Assembly (NCBI RefSeq): GCF_902652985.1
Contig: NC_047015.1
Span: forward strand, 34,410,001 to 34,474,000
Source of the DNA: Pecten maximus
Lineage: Eukaryota
Length of the DNA: 64,000 bases
Reading direction: 5' to 3'
The notes under the pieces were generated by a model. It was not told the origin of the DNA. It did not search any database and was given only the letters and a program-made list of their open reading frames with translations. Within the stretch, counting starts at the first letter, position 1, and the number at the start of each line of letters is the position of its first letter. This document shows, piece after piece, positions 27,801 through 41,425 of the stretch. The translations under genes were made by a program, and so were the position numbers.

Positions 27801-30800
27801 ATTACCATATACAACTTTGTACACACGAATTAGCTGAATCGGGCAGTTATAGTTAACGATGTTCAAAATCATTTATCATGCTAGAGGAGTATTACCTGTG
27901 CTGCCCAGTAAAATGTTAGTAAGATTCTGTTTCTTTAAGTATTATGTAATTCCAGAGAAAATATAGTGATAACAACTTCAATCAGTTTCAAAACTGTTCA
28001 TGCATAAAGGGAGCATGAAAGGGGAGTACAGATGACATCAGACAACCTGTCAGTGTGTTGTTCTCAGGAAATAGCAATAACAACTAAGTATGGATGATGG
28101 ATAAGTAACCATCTGATAAAAACATCACCTAGGTGCTGTTGATTATTACATACAAATACACAAGTTGTACATGTGTGTCAGGCTTGAAAATCCACATTTT
28201 CAAGTCTGTCGTTTATATATAATAAACGACCAATTTCTATCCTAACAAGTCTCTGCTTTGTCTTGATGGTTGTATGCATTTGGTCGTGAAAAAGCTCATC
28301 CTCAAGAGGGTCATGTATGAAATCTGTTATGCACAGGAATTTTTGATATAATTATACAGAAATAAAGAGTATGTAAATTCTGTTTTGGTTTGTGGCATTA
28401 AGTATTCCATGATTATATAATTAAGGCCACTAGTATCAGATGGCCATTACAAATCATAATGAGAATGGCTCCATTGAAACAATAGATCAGTTCTACATAT
28501 CATATTTATCCTCAAATAAGCCTGGGCCATTTTCTAGTGTAAAACTTAATTAATACATGTATTAAATTTTGAAAAGGGCTTATTTGTGGACCATTTTCAG
28601 CTTGCTACAAATCTATTTTATGATTAATGATTTTGCAATGACGGGATTGGGGGTTTGGTTGGGATTATTTCTGGGCATGGGCTCATTTGCAGATTAGTAT
28701 ATGGTTTATAACTAGCCTCAGAAAAAAAACCATTTGATTTCCATGTGACAGAGTTTTGTTGGGTTTATTATATTTCTGAAATCATGAATATTAATGCAGA
28801 TAATTAATGACTATTATCAAGTAAAGGGATGGTAAATTATATGGCATGTAACATTATGTGTCCAGTATTTCATCTATAGAAAATCTCTATGTACAGTCAA
28901 CTGGCAATCCACCAAAGTAATTCTCTGGCAATATAAGAACATATCTGGTAAAATGCCCACTCGAATCTTTTGTAGTTCACTAAATGTGGTAACAAATGTT
29001 ATCTCATTGTCCTGCAATAAGTCAATATCCCCTAACCCTAAATTTTGGTGTGTTGGCCCCTGGGTTTATTGTAGGATGAACACAGCATTCACCATAGTTT
29101 TCTTACAGTATATATATATGAATAAGCTTGAAAGTGTGGCATGAATTGAAAAGCTGTCATATAGACTATATTGATGTGTTGATCGGAAGTTTTTTTTTAA
29201 ACTATTCGTGTTTACTCGGACCAGGTTTGAGATGAGCTGATATAACAGAGCAATGTGTGATGCAGTTTTTACTGTGCTGTATTATATGTCTGGGTCATGT
29301 ATACATAAATGTTTATGTGGGTAATGTCAAGCACTATATACAACCATCCTGTGTGAATATGTACCTGGTACACACGAGGAGAGATTCATATAACTTTCAA
29401 TAGATTTTCTGATAAAAAATATCGTAAATTGAAGTTTAAAAACATGCATGAATAACCAATTCAAATTTTCTAAAATTTCAATTGCTGTATTTAAAAAATA
29501 AGTAAAGTTACAATGTACATACTACAGACAGTTAAATTTGTATGCCCTGTAGGTACATATTTATTATGTATTTATTTGTACTGGCTAGCTATATAGTCAA
29601 CACTACACAAGTTAGTACTCTGTGTAAACTTGCCTAAGGCAAAACCAGACACTGGTAGAGACATGGGTCAATATTCGGAAACCTAGCTCACCTACACAAA
29701 CACAGGTACAACCAGAAGAAGGGCATCCAGGAAATTTGAATAAACTGTATGGCTATATGGACCGCTGAACACACCTATGGTGTGTGATAGATGTTCACCG
29801 AAATGTTAATGTGATATTTGTCAATTTGGTCCTGTTTGCACACAGGTTAGATTGCTGACGAAAACTACCTGGTACTACATTCACATTGTATACTGATTTG
29901 AATTCACCCGTTTAAAATCAAACTATTTCTAAAAGATTTATTTTTATTTCTTCTGGTTTTCACGTAATAAGTTTGATGAATCCTCTCATGACTTCAAGTA
30001 TTGAGTTTTAAAGTACAATTTGAAAATTCAGGCCCAATGTCTGGTCTATATAATAAGCCAACCCAATTGTCTATGTGGTGTTCTCTGAAAATCTTACTGT
30101 TATTTCATTGTCCTGTAACTGCAATAAGTCCCTTTTTGTTTGCTGTGTTTATCATCCAATGAACAGCCATGGTCATTTTGAGGGAGGGTTACCTTGTAGT
30201 AGTTGGTGACTACCCAACTGAACAACATACGGAAGTCCCATCACATGCCATCCAGAGCAATTAGGGTAAAGTGTCTTGCCCAAGGACACAACAACAACAC
30301 AGACCTGCCTGTTTCTTAGCTTCCTAAGAAACACAAACTGACACTGGTAGGCAGTGTCAATTGTGCCCCTCGAATCTCCACCTGAGATTACGTGGTCAGC
30401 ATCTTATAACCGACTGAGCTATTATTGTGGTCCCCTCTTTGAGTACAAATTTATGTATTAGCACATTGGGACTAGCTATTACAGAATATACACATTTCTT
30501 GTGTACTCCTCACTCAATAATATTGCGAGCTTTCTCTGCAATAAAAATATTACCATGACTTATAGGACAGTAACGATGTCTTGCTAATGTTGAAAATAGA
30601 ATAGATTACTTTAATCTCCAAATTTTACTTATTGAATATGGTTGAACTTCAACGCTCACAAATCTCCCTTATTTTAGGCAAAACTCCCTTAAAATAATCA
30701 TCAATCTCCCTTATTGGTCTCGTGAAAGCATGGCATGTATGTTGAGGAGTAGCTGGTTAATGCTTCTAGTTAAAATATAGTTTTATAAACATGTACGAGG

Positions 30801-33800
30801 AAAAAAAGCCACTTACCCACCAATCATTAAAGGTATGTGTAAAACATCACTCAAAACGTGACTGTTAAAAAGTTAGAGAAATTTATAACAGATGGTGTTA
30901 AATGTGTGTGGGAAACTATTTGGTCATATTAAAAGGACAATGATAAATCACGTGTGTCAACTGTCTAGGCAGTCGACCAGCAAAACAATCCTTTATTTCT
31001 GTGACATTTCATGAAAATGCCAAGATAAGAAACACTCATCTACAGAGATTATGTAATGCTTTCGTTAAATTAAAAAGGTCAGCTACAAAAGCAAGGCACT
31101 GCAATTTTTCGTCGGAGGCATTTATAAAAGGCTGGCATCGGCCATCTCCTTACATTTACAAACATTGCACACCTAAATTATCATCAAGGTTTTACGGAAA
31201 ACATTTGAAATATATAGTGAAAGGATATTTATTCTTGAGAATGCATTGTAAAATTACATTTGCTCCCAATTTTTTCCTCAAAGGCATGCATGGTCTGTGT
31301 GTTTCAAACATTAAGGTGTGTATTTTCCCCTCCAACAAGAACCTGTCTTTATTTGTATCCTGTAACTTTTACATGTGTTACATCACGTCACATCTAGACA
31401 CATGTACCCCAAATAACCACAATTTGGAACTGGCCATCGGACAGATTAAGTGAATTGAAATTTCATGAAACTATGCATATGAATTTTCAGAAATTGTTAC
31501 ACTGCAGTTGGAAATTAAATGGGCAGATGAAGATATTTGTTAAAATCATGAAATCTTTTTATGAACATAATTGATATCTCAAACATTGATAAAAGAAGAT
31601 CTGATTAAGAATCAGAAAAATAATTATGATAATATGAGATGGTATTGTATATACCTGGATTTCATTACTAAAATGAAGTATAGTGGTAAGAAACGCCCAC
31701 AACCTACGGTACATGTGGTGACATGTGATAGCTATCACTGTTAGTGCAAGTAATACAAGATAAATACAATTGTAGACAAGCACATTAACAAACTTTGTGT
31801 CCAGACGTTTGTCAGCCAGGTTTCTTTTTTTTAATTCCAGTAAGTTATATAATTAAGGCATCCTGATAACAGTTTTTTACTAGCCACTGACTGATACTAT
31901 CAAAATAGTTCATAGGGGTTCAGAGGCCTGAACTTTACATTGTATGCATTCAATATCTTTAATATGACTACTGTAATGTATATTTTCATCAGATTGGAAA
32001 GAAAAATGTTAAAAAACACATTCTTCATTACTCAGTCTGCTTAAAAATAGCAGCTTCTACTGCAATGTATATTTTCATCAGAATGGAAAGGAAAATGTTA
32101 AAAAACAAATTCTTCCTTTCTCAGAAAGTCTGGTTAAAATAGCAGCTTATAATATGACCTGGTGCATTTATTAGGTCAAATACAGTATATAATTACCAAA
32201 CCTGCAAATCTCCCCAACCTTTTCATGAAATACACCAGTGGGCATGTTTCTGTAGAAAATTATATCATGATTTTTCTGGATAATGATATTTCAGACCTGA
32301 AGTCATGAGTTTTTTTGGAACTCTTCTACACTTTGAGAACCTATTACACCACTTATGAATTGTAACTGAACTCATGAAAAAACGAGTAATCATGTTCTGG
32401 TCTTGCCTGAAAAATTCTGACTAACATCAATGATATTTTTATAGGAGACAGACAGGTAGGCTAGAGACATTTTATTGCTTCCAAATATCTTTATATGTCC
32501 ACTATATATCACCACCCACATACATGATCCGAGTGGAGGAAATGATCACCATGTAGGTATATTGTAACTGGACGTTCAAAGTGTTGTCCACCTTTAAAAG
32601 TGGTTATACAGATGCAATATTAGAATGAATGAATTCAATTCTAAAGATACGAAAGGAAATATATGTTAGTTTGACTTCCAAAATGACTGAATGCTGAACT
32701 TAGGCCAGATCCATCCAAAACATTTACAGAGATTCAACTTACAACCAAAGCCAGGTTGGAATTGTCAAAGCATCAAACTAATACTGAAGATGTTCGAAGC
32801 ATTTCAACCTGTAAATTACTGTATATCGGATGTACAAGATTAGTATGGTGACCACACACCTATCAGGACAACTGACCAGGAGTGTCGACAACATGACCAG
32901 TCACCCATCAGTCTTATTCATCATAAATCATTGCGACATAAAATATGTACCGAGTCACGGAAATATTATAGCACTATACAAAGTTTAATAAATATAGGTA
33001 CAAGATAGTTCATGCATGGAGGTGTATAGACTAGCACTTCTGAATTTGATAAATACAGGGACGGCATGATAATATAGAGCAATTCTAAACCAACACTCAT
33101 AAATAATCATCCCCTTATATAACTCACAACCAAGGCACCACAACTCACAAGTTTGTCCTGATATAAGCCTCAAGCTGTCTTGGACAACTTACTCAAAGTT
33201 TTCTCATACTTGAACAAAATCAAGAAATTTGATTGAAGAAATCTGTTCAAAAATTAAGTGGCTTAAGACATGACTCACTAATGAAAGATTTTTTATGAAA
33301 AGATATAACAGTGATCTTGTCCTTGACCTTGGGAACTTGAGTACCAATTGTAGGGAAACAATTTTTGACCTTGACCTTTGGACCTGAAAAGCAATCCAAA
33401 GCAAGCACTTTTGATTCGGAAGATCTGCATGAAGTTTGAGTTTGATCAGCCCAAAGGATGCCGCTGCCATATTTATACATATATTTCGCCTGATTTTTGC
33501 AACCAAAACAAAAATGAAGTCGCAAAAGAGCTGACAAAAACTTCCACACATACACATGCACTTACAACTGCAACACTACACAGGCAAAATGTTCTGAGGT
33601 AATTAAATTTGACCTGAAAAAAGACTGCAGACCTGAAAATTTTCTGAATTCTTTCTGAAGTTTACATGGAAGAATTTTTTTTCATGTCAAATTCATGTCA
33701 ATTTCTGGTCAATTTCTTGATATGAACGGACTATTCTGCTCTTTTGAGTTCAAATTGACCTGAAATTTTTCACATCATCGTGAATTTGACCTGAAGATAT

Positions 33801-36800
33801 TTTGCCTGTGTATTAATCCTCCCGACTTCATCATGAAGGGATAATAAGCTCTGTGTATAGTACTTGCTAACTATGTGAAGTATATCAGAAACTTAAGACT
33901 AAATAGGAGTGATTCTTGAAAACAAGCCTACTCCTATAGCTAAACCCCTACCCTCTTTTTGTCACTGTAGAGAGAGCAGGCTTATCTACATGAGGATCAT
34001 TATGGTATGTTAGGCCTAAAAAAAAAAGTTGTGTGTTTCTAGTTTCATCTCCTCAAAAAGTTAGGGTCGGTAGGTAGGTAAAAGTTTGTTTTTTATTAAA
34101 TATTTTTAAGCAGATTTTATGCTTTGAATTACATTATACTTTTAATACTGGAGAAGAAGATGTTTAAGTTGTAGGGCTATTTAATATGTGTTAACTGTAG
34201 ACTTTTACCATCTGAACACTTGCAATTATACACACAGATTTAATGTTCCACTGAGGAGAGTAGCTTGCCAGAGTACAAAATATGTTGATGTCAATGATAT
34301 TGCTATTTTATATTAAAACAGAAAATGGTTGTTTTCCAATAAACAGTTTTGAACCACTATTGTCTTTATAGTCGTTTTGAATATTCTGCTAAAAAACAAC
34401 AACTAAAAACGGTTATTTCAATGGTTTCCTGTTCATCACACGTAAATTCAATACATCTTACTCCGAATCGATCCTATAGCTATAACATCAGATATTGTGA
34501 GACCTGCGCTCAGTTCAAACTTATCTGACTTTTCTAAGGACGTTTTTCCTTTTGCTATGCATCTCACTGCCTTCCCCGCTCCCTCATGGTAGTGGCGGAA
34601 GACGTCCTCAATAAGCATGTCGTTAGGAATGACTGCCATCAATGCTTTTTCTGAAGAATTACAGCATTTATTTATTGTTATTGCGATCACCGTTGATGCC
34701 TTACAGTTAGCGGTCGCCATGTTGCATCATATGGGAAACCCCAAATTCTGGGTCTTTCTAACGCTTGGGCGATCTCGTTGTTTAGGCAAACGTTTTGACG
34801 ACAATGCTCGGTGACTCGAATAAAATCTTAAACGTTCATCGGGTCACGGAAAACCGAGAAAATTTCTGAAGAATGTCTAAAAACTTTTGGGTCGGCGTTG
34901 ATTTATTGGGGTCGGTCGGGAAACCGGAAACACACAACTTTTTTTTTTAGGCCTTATACACCAACTAAATTTTCAAATAAGTTTTAGAATTGATATAGCC
35001 ATAATGGGAGAAGGGCAAAGTTGTTATGTGAAGTAAGATATGCACCAAGTATATCTATAAGATCTGTATGACATAGCTACTTGGAATAAATATTTGTATA
35101 CATAATATGTTACAGTATTATAGATTCATCACGTAACTGGTCTATACCATTACTTGTAAATATTTTTTCCTATCTATATATACATTATATATATACAAAA
35201 ACATTATTAGCTGTTTTAATCTAAGTTGTTAATAAACTTGATACTGATCATGAAGTGTTTTCATACAATATAAAGTATCATGGGCGAGGAGACATACACC
35301 CCCCCTCCAAGAACATACACATACTGGTACACACTAACAGTTGCCGCCTTAAAAATCTACACATATTAAGTTCCTTACCTTTCCTTGAGAAATTTCTTGG
35401 GGACACACTTGGTGTTGTTGGTGGCTGTATGTTTGACACACACCTTGTGACCGCGACATTCAACACTACATTCCGTCACTGTGTGGAAAAAGAACAGTAT
35501 ACTAAACCTTCCCGCTTAATTTACACTCAGATCGATAATAACTTTTACATCATTTTCTGTAACTGAGATCAGAATGACACAAATACTGGTAAACAACACT
35601 AGTGTAAAGTAAGTACATCCCTCATGACCCCCCTTCCCTAGTGTAAAAGTTTATTACTGTATTTATTCTCATGAGCCCCCTTCCCTAGTGTAAAAGTTAA
35701 GTACTGTATTTATTCTCATGAGCCCCCTTCCCTAGTGTAAAAGTTAAGTACTGTATTTATTCTCATGATCCCCCTTCCCTAGTGTAAAAGTTTAGTACTG
35801 TATTAATTCTTGTGACCCCCCTTTAATTCCCTAGTGTAAAAGTTTAGTACTGTATTAATTCTCATGAGCCCCCTTAAAGCTTCCCTAGTGTAAAAGTTTA
35901 GTACTGTATTTATTATCATGAGCCCCCTTCCCTGGCGTAAAAGTTTAGTATAAAATTTTTGGAGGGCTTATTTGTGGATCAATTGATAAAGGGAGCTTAT
36001 TTGTGGGCAGGGACTTATCATGATAAATTCTGTAATGAAATGTAATATTAATATATTTATGTCACTACATAACAATATGTGTTAATTAGCTTCACTGCTT
36101 TAACATAAAAACTTACACGATTCATTTATTTCTTAAAACTTCTTTGGGGAAGCTTTATATTAAAATTGTCCTTACTTTTTACACGTGTAAATTTCATGTG
36201 CTTCTTCTGTAACACATCCTCCTGGTCGATCATCATGGCACTATATTTTCCCTGTAAAGTTAAAAATAATAACTTTTATACTTCACAAAACAAAGCTGCT
36301 TTGTAGTTGTTTCCAAACTTATTATATTACATGATATATTTATTATAATTTTCTTTTGTAGTCGTGATATAAGAATATGTAACACACCCCCAACCTTAGT
36401 TTCATGTATTAGTACATCATATGACAAAATGTTGACTTCCTATTGGCTAAACATACACTGTCCGTACTATGAGGTGATAGCTATTATAGTGCCTTGCACG
36501 CTTGCGCAAACTGGTTGAATTGTTTTGAAAAATGGCGAACTGGAGATCAAAGCCACACATCAGAAGCCCAAAGTTGATCAGACGTACTCGTTGGGCAAAG
36601 AAGATTGGTTAAAATCACAACATCTACAGTACACGCGTGTCTGTTTGACAAAAATAGAAAGTTAAATGTGAAAAGCCAACATGAATTGGCAGGGAATCTT
36701 CTCAGCATCTGATAAACAACCCCATGCTTTTCTGTTTATCATTCGAAGATGCGCACATTCTATTTTTAGATGTTTATAACATACTTTACTACTGATGAAT

Positions 36801-39595
36801 TGTTGATGTAACTGAGCAAATCTATAAGGGATTATGAAGTTTAGTTATAAACAAAAACTTAGAAAGACTTTATTAAGTTAAAGCTATATACTGTAAGTAC
36901 AAAATTACATGTCCTTGTTATTACCAAATACCACAATGTTATTCAAAAGATTAAATATACGTTTCATAAATTTGAACCAGAAACTAGAACTAGAAAAATG
37001 TTTGTTTGTTGGTTGGGTTTAATTTATTGCCCGGTGAACAGCCAGGGTCATTTTGAGGTGGGGTCTCCTTGTAGTAGTTGGTGATTACCTCACTAACAAC
37101 AAATGGAAGATCCATCGCATGCCATCTAAAGCAATTAGGGTAATTAGGTCAGAATCGCAACAGCACAGACCCGTCAATTCTTCAAAGCTTCTCGAGAAAT
37201 ACAAACCGACATGGGTAGGGAGCGTCAAACTGCGCACCTCAGATCTCCATCCTGAGGTTACCTGGCTGGTGCGCATGCTCTAACCGACTGAGTTATCGCA
37301 TGCCCCCATTGTTATAAATGTATACATGTGATGGTCATATTTTCCAAACTTTTTTTTGCTGCCCTTCAGCTTAGTCACCATTTAACGAATACTATATCGC
37401 TTTTGGTATACTTTCAGCAAAAGATGTTAATTTCACTTTAAATCTCTTTGATCTGAATAAGACTTTGACGGAAAGTCAGTCATATTTTTCTCACAAATTT
37501 GAACTCTGCATACATGTATATATACCATGTAGGCAGCTATATATAACTGACAATATATCATAACTACATTTGTATAAAGTTTTTAGTTTCAGTGGAAGAA
37601 TTATACTGTTTCTGGCATATATCTTAAAGCCACATACTCCCAAACAACCTAAAATTCTAGTTGAACACATGTATTAATGGCAATCCAAGATGCTCATTCA
37701 CGCTCTCCTAACATTAAAATGACCACTGGCCTGGACGCTTGACCGGGGGAGAATTGAGACATCAGTGTATAAAAAAAACTCGCCACATTTATATTTATCG
37801 CGAGACTTGTCACAGAGCCAAGAACAAGGCTATAACAACGTGTACTGCATATATAAACTACACACATGGCCGTTGTTTACATATCGTCGAGCATACGTGA
37901 ACTTTGCCTAATAATGCTTTCATTTAAACATATTAACAGAATATTGCGTAATAACTGAACAAAATAAACATAGTTTACATTTAGATACTTAATTTTAACA
38001 TGTAGCAATATGCATACAACAAAACATCGATAAAATGTTCAAAAGCTAACCAGCAATCCAATAGACGTCCTGCATAAAGGGAATTCGAGTCTATTCCCTT
38101 TTCTTCTCTCGCTAAGTTTCAACGAATCACTTCCTTTCCTAAGGAAATACTCTGGTTTTGCCGATTCCACTCACTTTTGCGTCTTTTTTTGGCAGAATCT
38201 GTCTGCGTTTTCGCAGGTCCACGCTTAAGGCGTTACACCATTTTGTATGGACTGTAAAACCCGCTGTTGCATTGTGGGACTAATTTTTCAGAGAAACTTG
38301 TTCTAGCAGCAACAGTTATTATTTTTGGGAATTCCCCGTATACTTTCATAAATTTTCAGTTTCTGATTCACGATAATCTCTTAGGTATGTATAAAGTCCG
38401 AAAATCGTGAAAGGCTCAAAATGTAACCATTGATATATGTTTCATTGGGAGTATGTGGCTTTAACACTTATATATGTTATTGTAACTTTGAAAGTCAAGG
38501 GTATTCCTACTTCAGTTAGCTGAAGGTCTTGGTTCCGACGCCAACAGGACGCCTCTAACATTGTTGGAGTAGATTATTCCCTACAAACATTCAGTAAGTT
38601 ACTGGTCCTCGATCCTGACATTTAGTCCGTGATACAAGTTCTCAAAATATTTAGTAAATATATGATGTATTTTGCATTGGTTTTTATTTTTTCTCTTTTT
38701 ATCAATATTTGTAGCAAAATTGTATGTTCCTTTGTATATAGTCTACATAATTACACTGTAATCTATAGACAGTAATTTAGCCAATGGATGAGTAACTTGC
38801 ATTTTACTCTAATGCCTGATTTGATTGAATATTAACAGTATATTTAACACAATTTTAAGAACTTTGAAATATAATGCTTACATATTTAAGAAAACTGTAA
38901 TGAATATCCCATACAAATTAAAAAGGTCCATGATGCAATAATTACTGTACACAGAAAGACACTTTGGATAGATGCCAGAACACACCACCTTAAATGACAT
39001 TAAAGTTAAAATGACCTACTTAACTTTTGTTTATGTATGAAATTTTGAAAATGAAATATAGATTTTATGAAAATATTAATGGGTTCGTTATTATTCCCAA
39101 ATGGATTTGTTCTTTTTGTGATACATATGTATCAGGTAGATTTTTTCCAGGTTATTTGTACAGAGTACATATATATATATATGATTTATACATGTACAAT
39201 AGCTCATATGATATATATCATATTCCAATTTTTTGTCACTCAAATTCCCAATATAGAAGTTTAAAAAAATGCAACATATGAAATATTCATGATAGTATGA
39301 TAAATTATAAATTAAAATGGTCTGGTGATGTACTCGGACTAGACTGATCACGCGATATCTGTGATCATACACAGGTAAATACAGGTGGGCCCATTACGAT
39401 GTGACGATGGTGTCAACTTACCAAAAAGTTTTTACGGCTATGTCCTTTTTCTCTCGCAACACGGCGCAGATTTTTGAAATCTGCTAATTTCATACGTCCC
39501 ATATTTCCATGGGCACGGCTTTTCAAGCGCTCTGCATCTATGTTCCATATTAATACAGTCAACACCAAAATAGGTGCTAAGCGTGAACCAACCAT
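21818..39595 (-). CDS. Testican/SPOCK-like secreted protein (signal peptide, follistatin-N-like Cys motif, SPARC-type EF-hand domain, thyroglobulin type-1 domain), 11 coding exons, about 409 aa
   Basis: Exons 39595-39422, 36251-36176, 35478-35379, 26718-26538, 25994-25935, 24838-24784, 23797-23648, 23232-23026, 22746-22693, 22351-22217, 21855-21818; all GT-AG, phases consistent, 1230 nt open. Motifs CSVECRGHKVCV..CV, RLNGWFVMLH, ESCDTDKDKLLSKKEWCCCF, YRPACTSEGFYEKTQC..YCWCSDLDG. Confidence 0.85.
23841..24516. mobile_element. Non-autonomous Tc1/mariner(pogo)-type element in a SPOCK intron
   Basis: TIRs CCGTATTTGACCTAAT / ATTAGGTCAAATGCGG with TA on both sides; a related end lies near 32170-32186. 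Confidence 0.7.
25333..25756. mobile_element. MITE with about 85-bp TIRs and 9-bp TSD (Mutator-like by TSD length)
   Basis: CAATCTAATTAAAATCTAGATGGTCATTCTCACTACGTTAC... inverted at 25672-25756; GTTGTATAT on both sides (25324-25332 and 25757-25765). Confidence 0.85.
26187..26453 (-). mobile_element. tRNA-derived CORE-SINE copy (degenerate)
   Basis: Aligns by eye to copies at 30132, 36999 and 44323; CORE-like TGTCCTTGGGCCAGGCTTTT on the minus strand. Confidence 0.7.
30132..30434 (-). mobile_element. tRNA-derived CORE-SINE copy
   Basis: Minus-strand head TAGCTCAGTCGGTT (A box) and CORE motif TGTCCTTGGGCAAGACACTTTACCCT; AAAC-type tail. Confidence 0.8.
33577..33812. mobile_element. Short TIR element (about 236 bp)
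   Basis: TACACAGGCAAAAT / ATTTTGCCTGTGTA inverted ends with internal TTGACCTGAA sub-repeats. Confidence 0.55.
34013..34953. mobile_element. Non-autonomous DNA transposon with TTA TSD (Zator/Harbinger-type), 941 bp
   Basis: TIRs GGCCTA(n)GTTGTGTGTTTC / GAAACACACAACT(n)AGGCC; TTA at 34010-34012 and 34954-34956; subterminal GGGTCGGT motifs; carries ORF 34448..34720. Confidence 0.8.
35600..35950. repeat. About 47-bp minisatellite (CCCTAGTGTAAAAGTTTAGTACTGTATTTATTCTCATGAGCCCCCTT), about 7 copies
   Basis: Visible tandem unit in SPOCK intron 2. Confidence 0.9.
36999..37307 (-). mobile_element. tRNA-derived CORE-SINE copy
   Basis: Minus-strand head GCGATAACTCAGTCGGTTAGAGCA; homologous to the other three copies; (AAAC)n tail. 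Confidence 0.8.
37628..38460. mobile_element. Non-autonomous Kolobok-like element, 833 bp
   Basis: TIRs AGCCACATACTCCCAA / TTGGGAGTATGTGGCT flanked by TTAA on both sides; RR..YY ends with TTAA TSD fit Kolobok. Confidence 0.8.
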
Positions 39596-40490
39596 CTTCT
39601 CTGTCCTCGAAAGTTTACTACTTTAGCTTACTCGCATAACTTCTATTATTAGTGGAAGCGTTTATTCCGAATTGAAGGAAGAGCAGGTCAAATAAAATGT
39701 CGATAGAGGGTGATGATGAGTTAACGCTGTCAATAAAATGTACGAAGTTTACAGAAAATGTGAGTAAAATGTCATTTTAACGTTTATTGATTCCTGCAAT
39801 AGGATTTCACCCTCGTTGTTGTTCTTGTCATTGTGAGTTGGGATTGGTGTTAACCCCCCTATCACGATGATAGACCCGTCCAAAAGTTTTGACAATGATT
39901 CACTGACACCTAGCGGAAGTACTTACCTGTACAGGGTGATTGGCGACACGACTTGTGGGAGTTATTGCCCTTGCACCGTAGATCAAGTGACCACGTGGTT
40001 CGTTGATTAATGATTAACGTTATTAACCCTTTAATTCAGCAAAAGATGACCGATCAAAAAATCAGCTAAACAGTATAATGTTCTGTTGTCACTAGACAGG
40101 TTCTCATTTTCAGAATTTGGCATTGACCAGATTTATGCACTGTTGTCCGCCGTGCAAATCTATCCCTTAAATTGTCATACTTTGCCATCTTTTTAAAACT
40201 CTAATTAGAATTGTGGTTTTAAGTGGATTTGCCGCCTTGACGTGGGCTACACAAGCACAAGGGAAAATGATATTTTAATAGATTACGCACATTTCTAGAA
40301 AATATAAGACTGCAACTTTATAGTTAATATAAAAATGAAGGCAATATATCATGACGAGATTCAGTTGACGTCATTGCCTGTGGCATAGGTAATCGGCAGC
40401 CCACAGTTCCCCCTTGGACACACATTCCAATGCTCTTGAACGTCACAGTGCTACACCATTGATAACATGAACATCAAGAGCTTGGAATAG

Positions 40491-40672
40491 CACAGGGACT
40501 TGAGAATTAGTTACAGTCTACATGTCTACGACTCCCCCGGCTGTATATAATGAACACTGTGGGAGTCATTTTTACCGAATTTTAATCCAGCCAAAAATGT
40601 CTGAAAATGTGCTATACACTCTAGGGGAGGTCCAAATACATGTCGACTGTAACTAATTCTCAAGTCCCTGTG
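40491..40672. mobile_element. 182-bp hairpin MITE with CACAGG termini and 8-bp TSD (P/hAT-type)
   Basis: CACAGGGACTTGAGAATTAGTTACAGTC inverted at 40645-40672; flanks TGGAATAG / TGGAGTAG (one mismatch); a related short copy at 41922-42020. Confidence 0.7.
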
Positions 40673-41209
40673 TGGAGTAGGTACGTTTACCTCAAATGTG
40701 TTCAAGACTGAAATGTTCAAGTGAATAACACTGACTAATTTTTAATGTCACCGGGAAACTGATCCGACTTTCCTTTGGTCCTAACGCCGGAATTTGGACA
40801 GTTTAACAGTCATATGTCTACACCAGCATCAGTCTAACGACTAGTGTTTCTGGCTTCCTCTGGATACTAGTGGGGAGACATACGGACATGATCAGGTAAA
40901 GGACACAATGTAGCTGTATGATGCAGTTTCATCCGTTTTTGACTTTATCGTATCTAACACTCAAGTTGTATTGACAGGTACGGAGCCTGCTATAGTACCA
41001 ACAATGAAAATATTTTATGTGCCGACCACTAGATAATTGAGTGGCGGCCGTTACATTTTCATTGGTGACACTAGCAGGCTTCCATAGAAAGGTACTAATA
41101 CCCCGTGTGTCTTTTATACAACCCTTTGACCATTGTAATGCCGATAACTGATGTAGTCTGTGTTTGTTAACTAAGATAACAGCACACAAGTATCGGGTTA
41201 AAGCAGAAT

Positions 41210-41425
41210 CTGATGTTTGAGCAAGTGAACTTGACATGTTTAAGTGACCTTGACATGATTGAGTAAGTGACATTGGCATGTTTGAGCAAGTGACATTCAC
41301 ATGTTTAAGTGACCTTGACATGTTTGAGTGACCTTGACATGTTTAAGTGACCTTGACATGTTTAAGTGACCTTGACATGTTTGAGTAAGTGACCTTGACA
41401 TGTTTAGTAAGTAACCTTGACATAT
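41210..41425. repeat. 19-23-bp minisatellite (TTGACATGTTTAAGTGACC)
   Basis: Visible tandem unit. Confidence 0.85.

Noticed and set aside
28180-28323. Possible extra SPOCK exon (FIHDPLEDELFHDQMH...)
   Set aside because: Its phase does not fit between exons 3 and 4, which already join in frame; no convincing donor.
31001-31453. 150-aa ORF antisense within a SPOCK intron
   Set aside because: Non-ATG start, composition typical of random AT-rich DNA, no recognisable domain.
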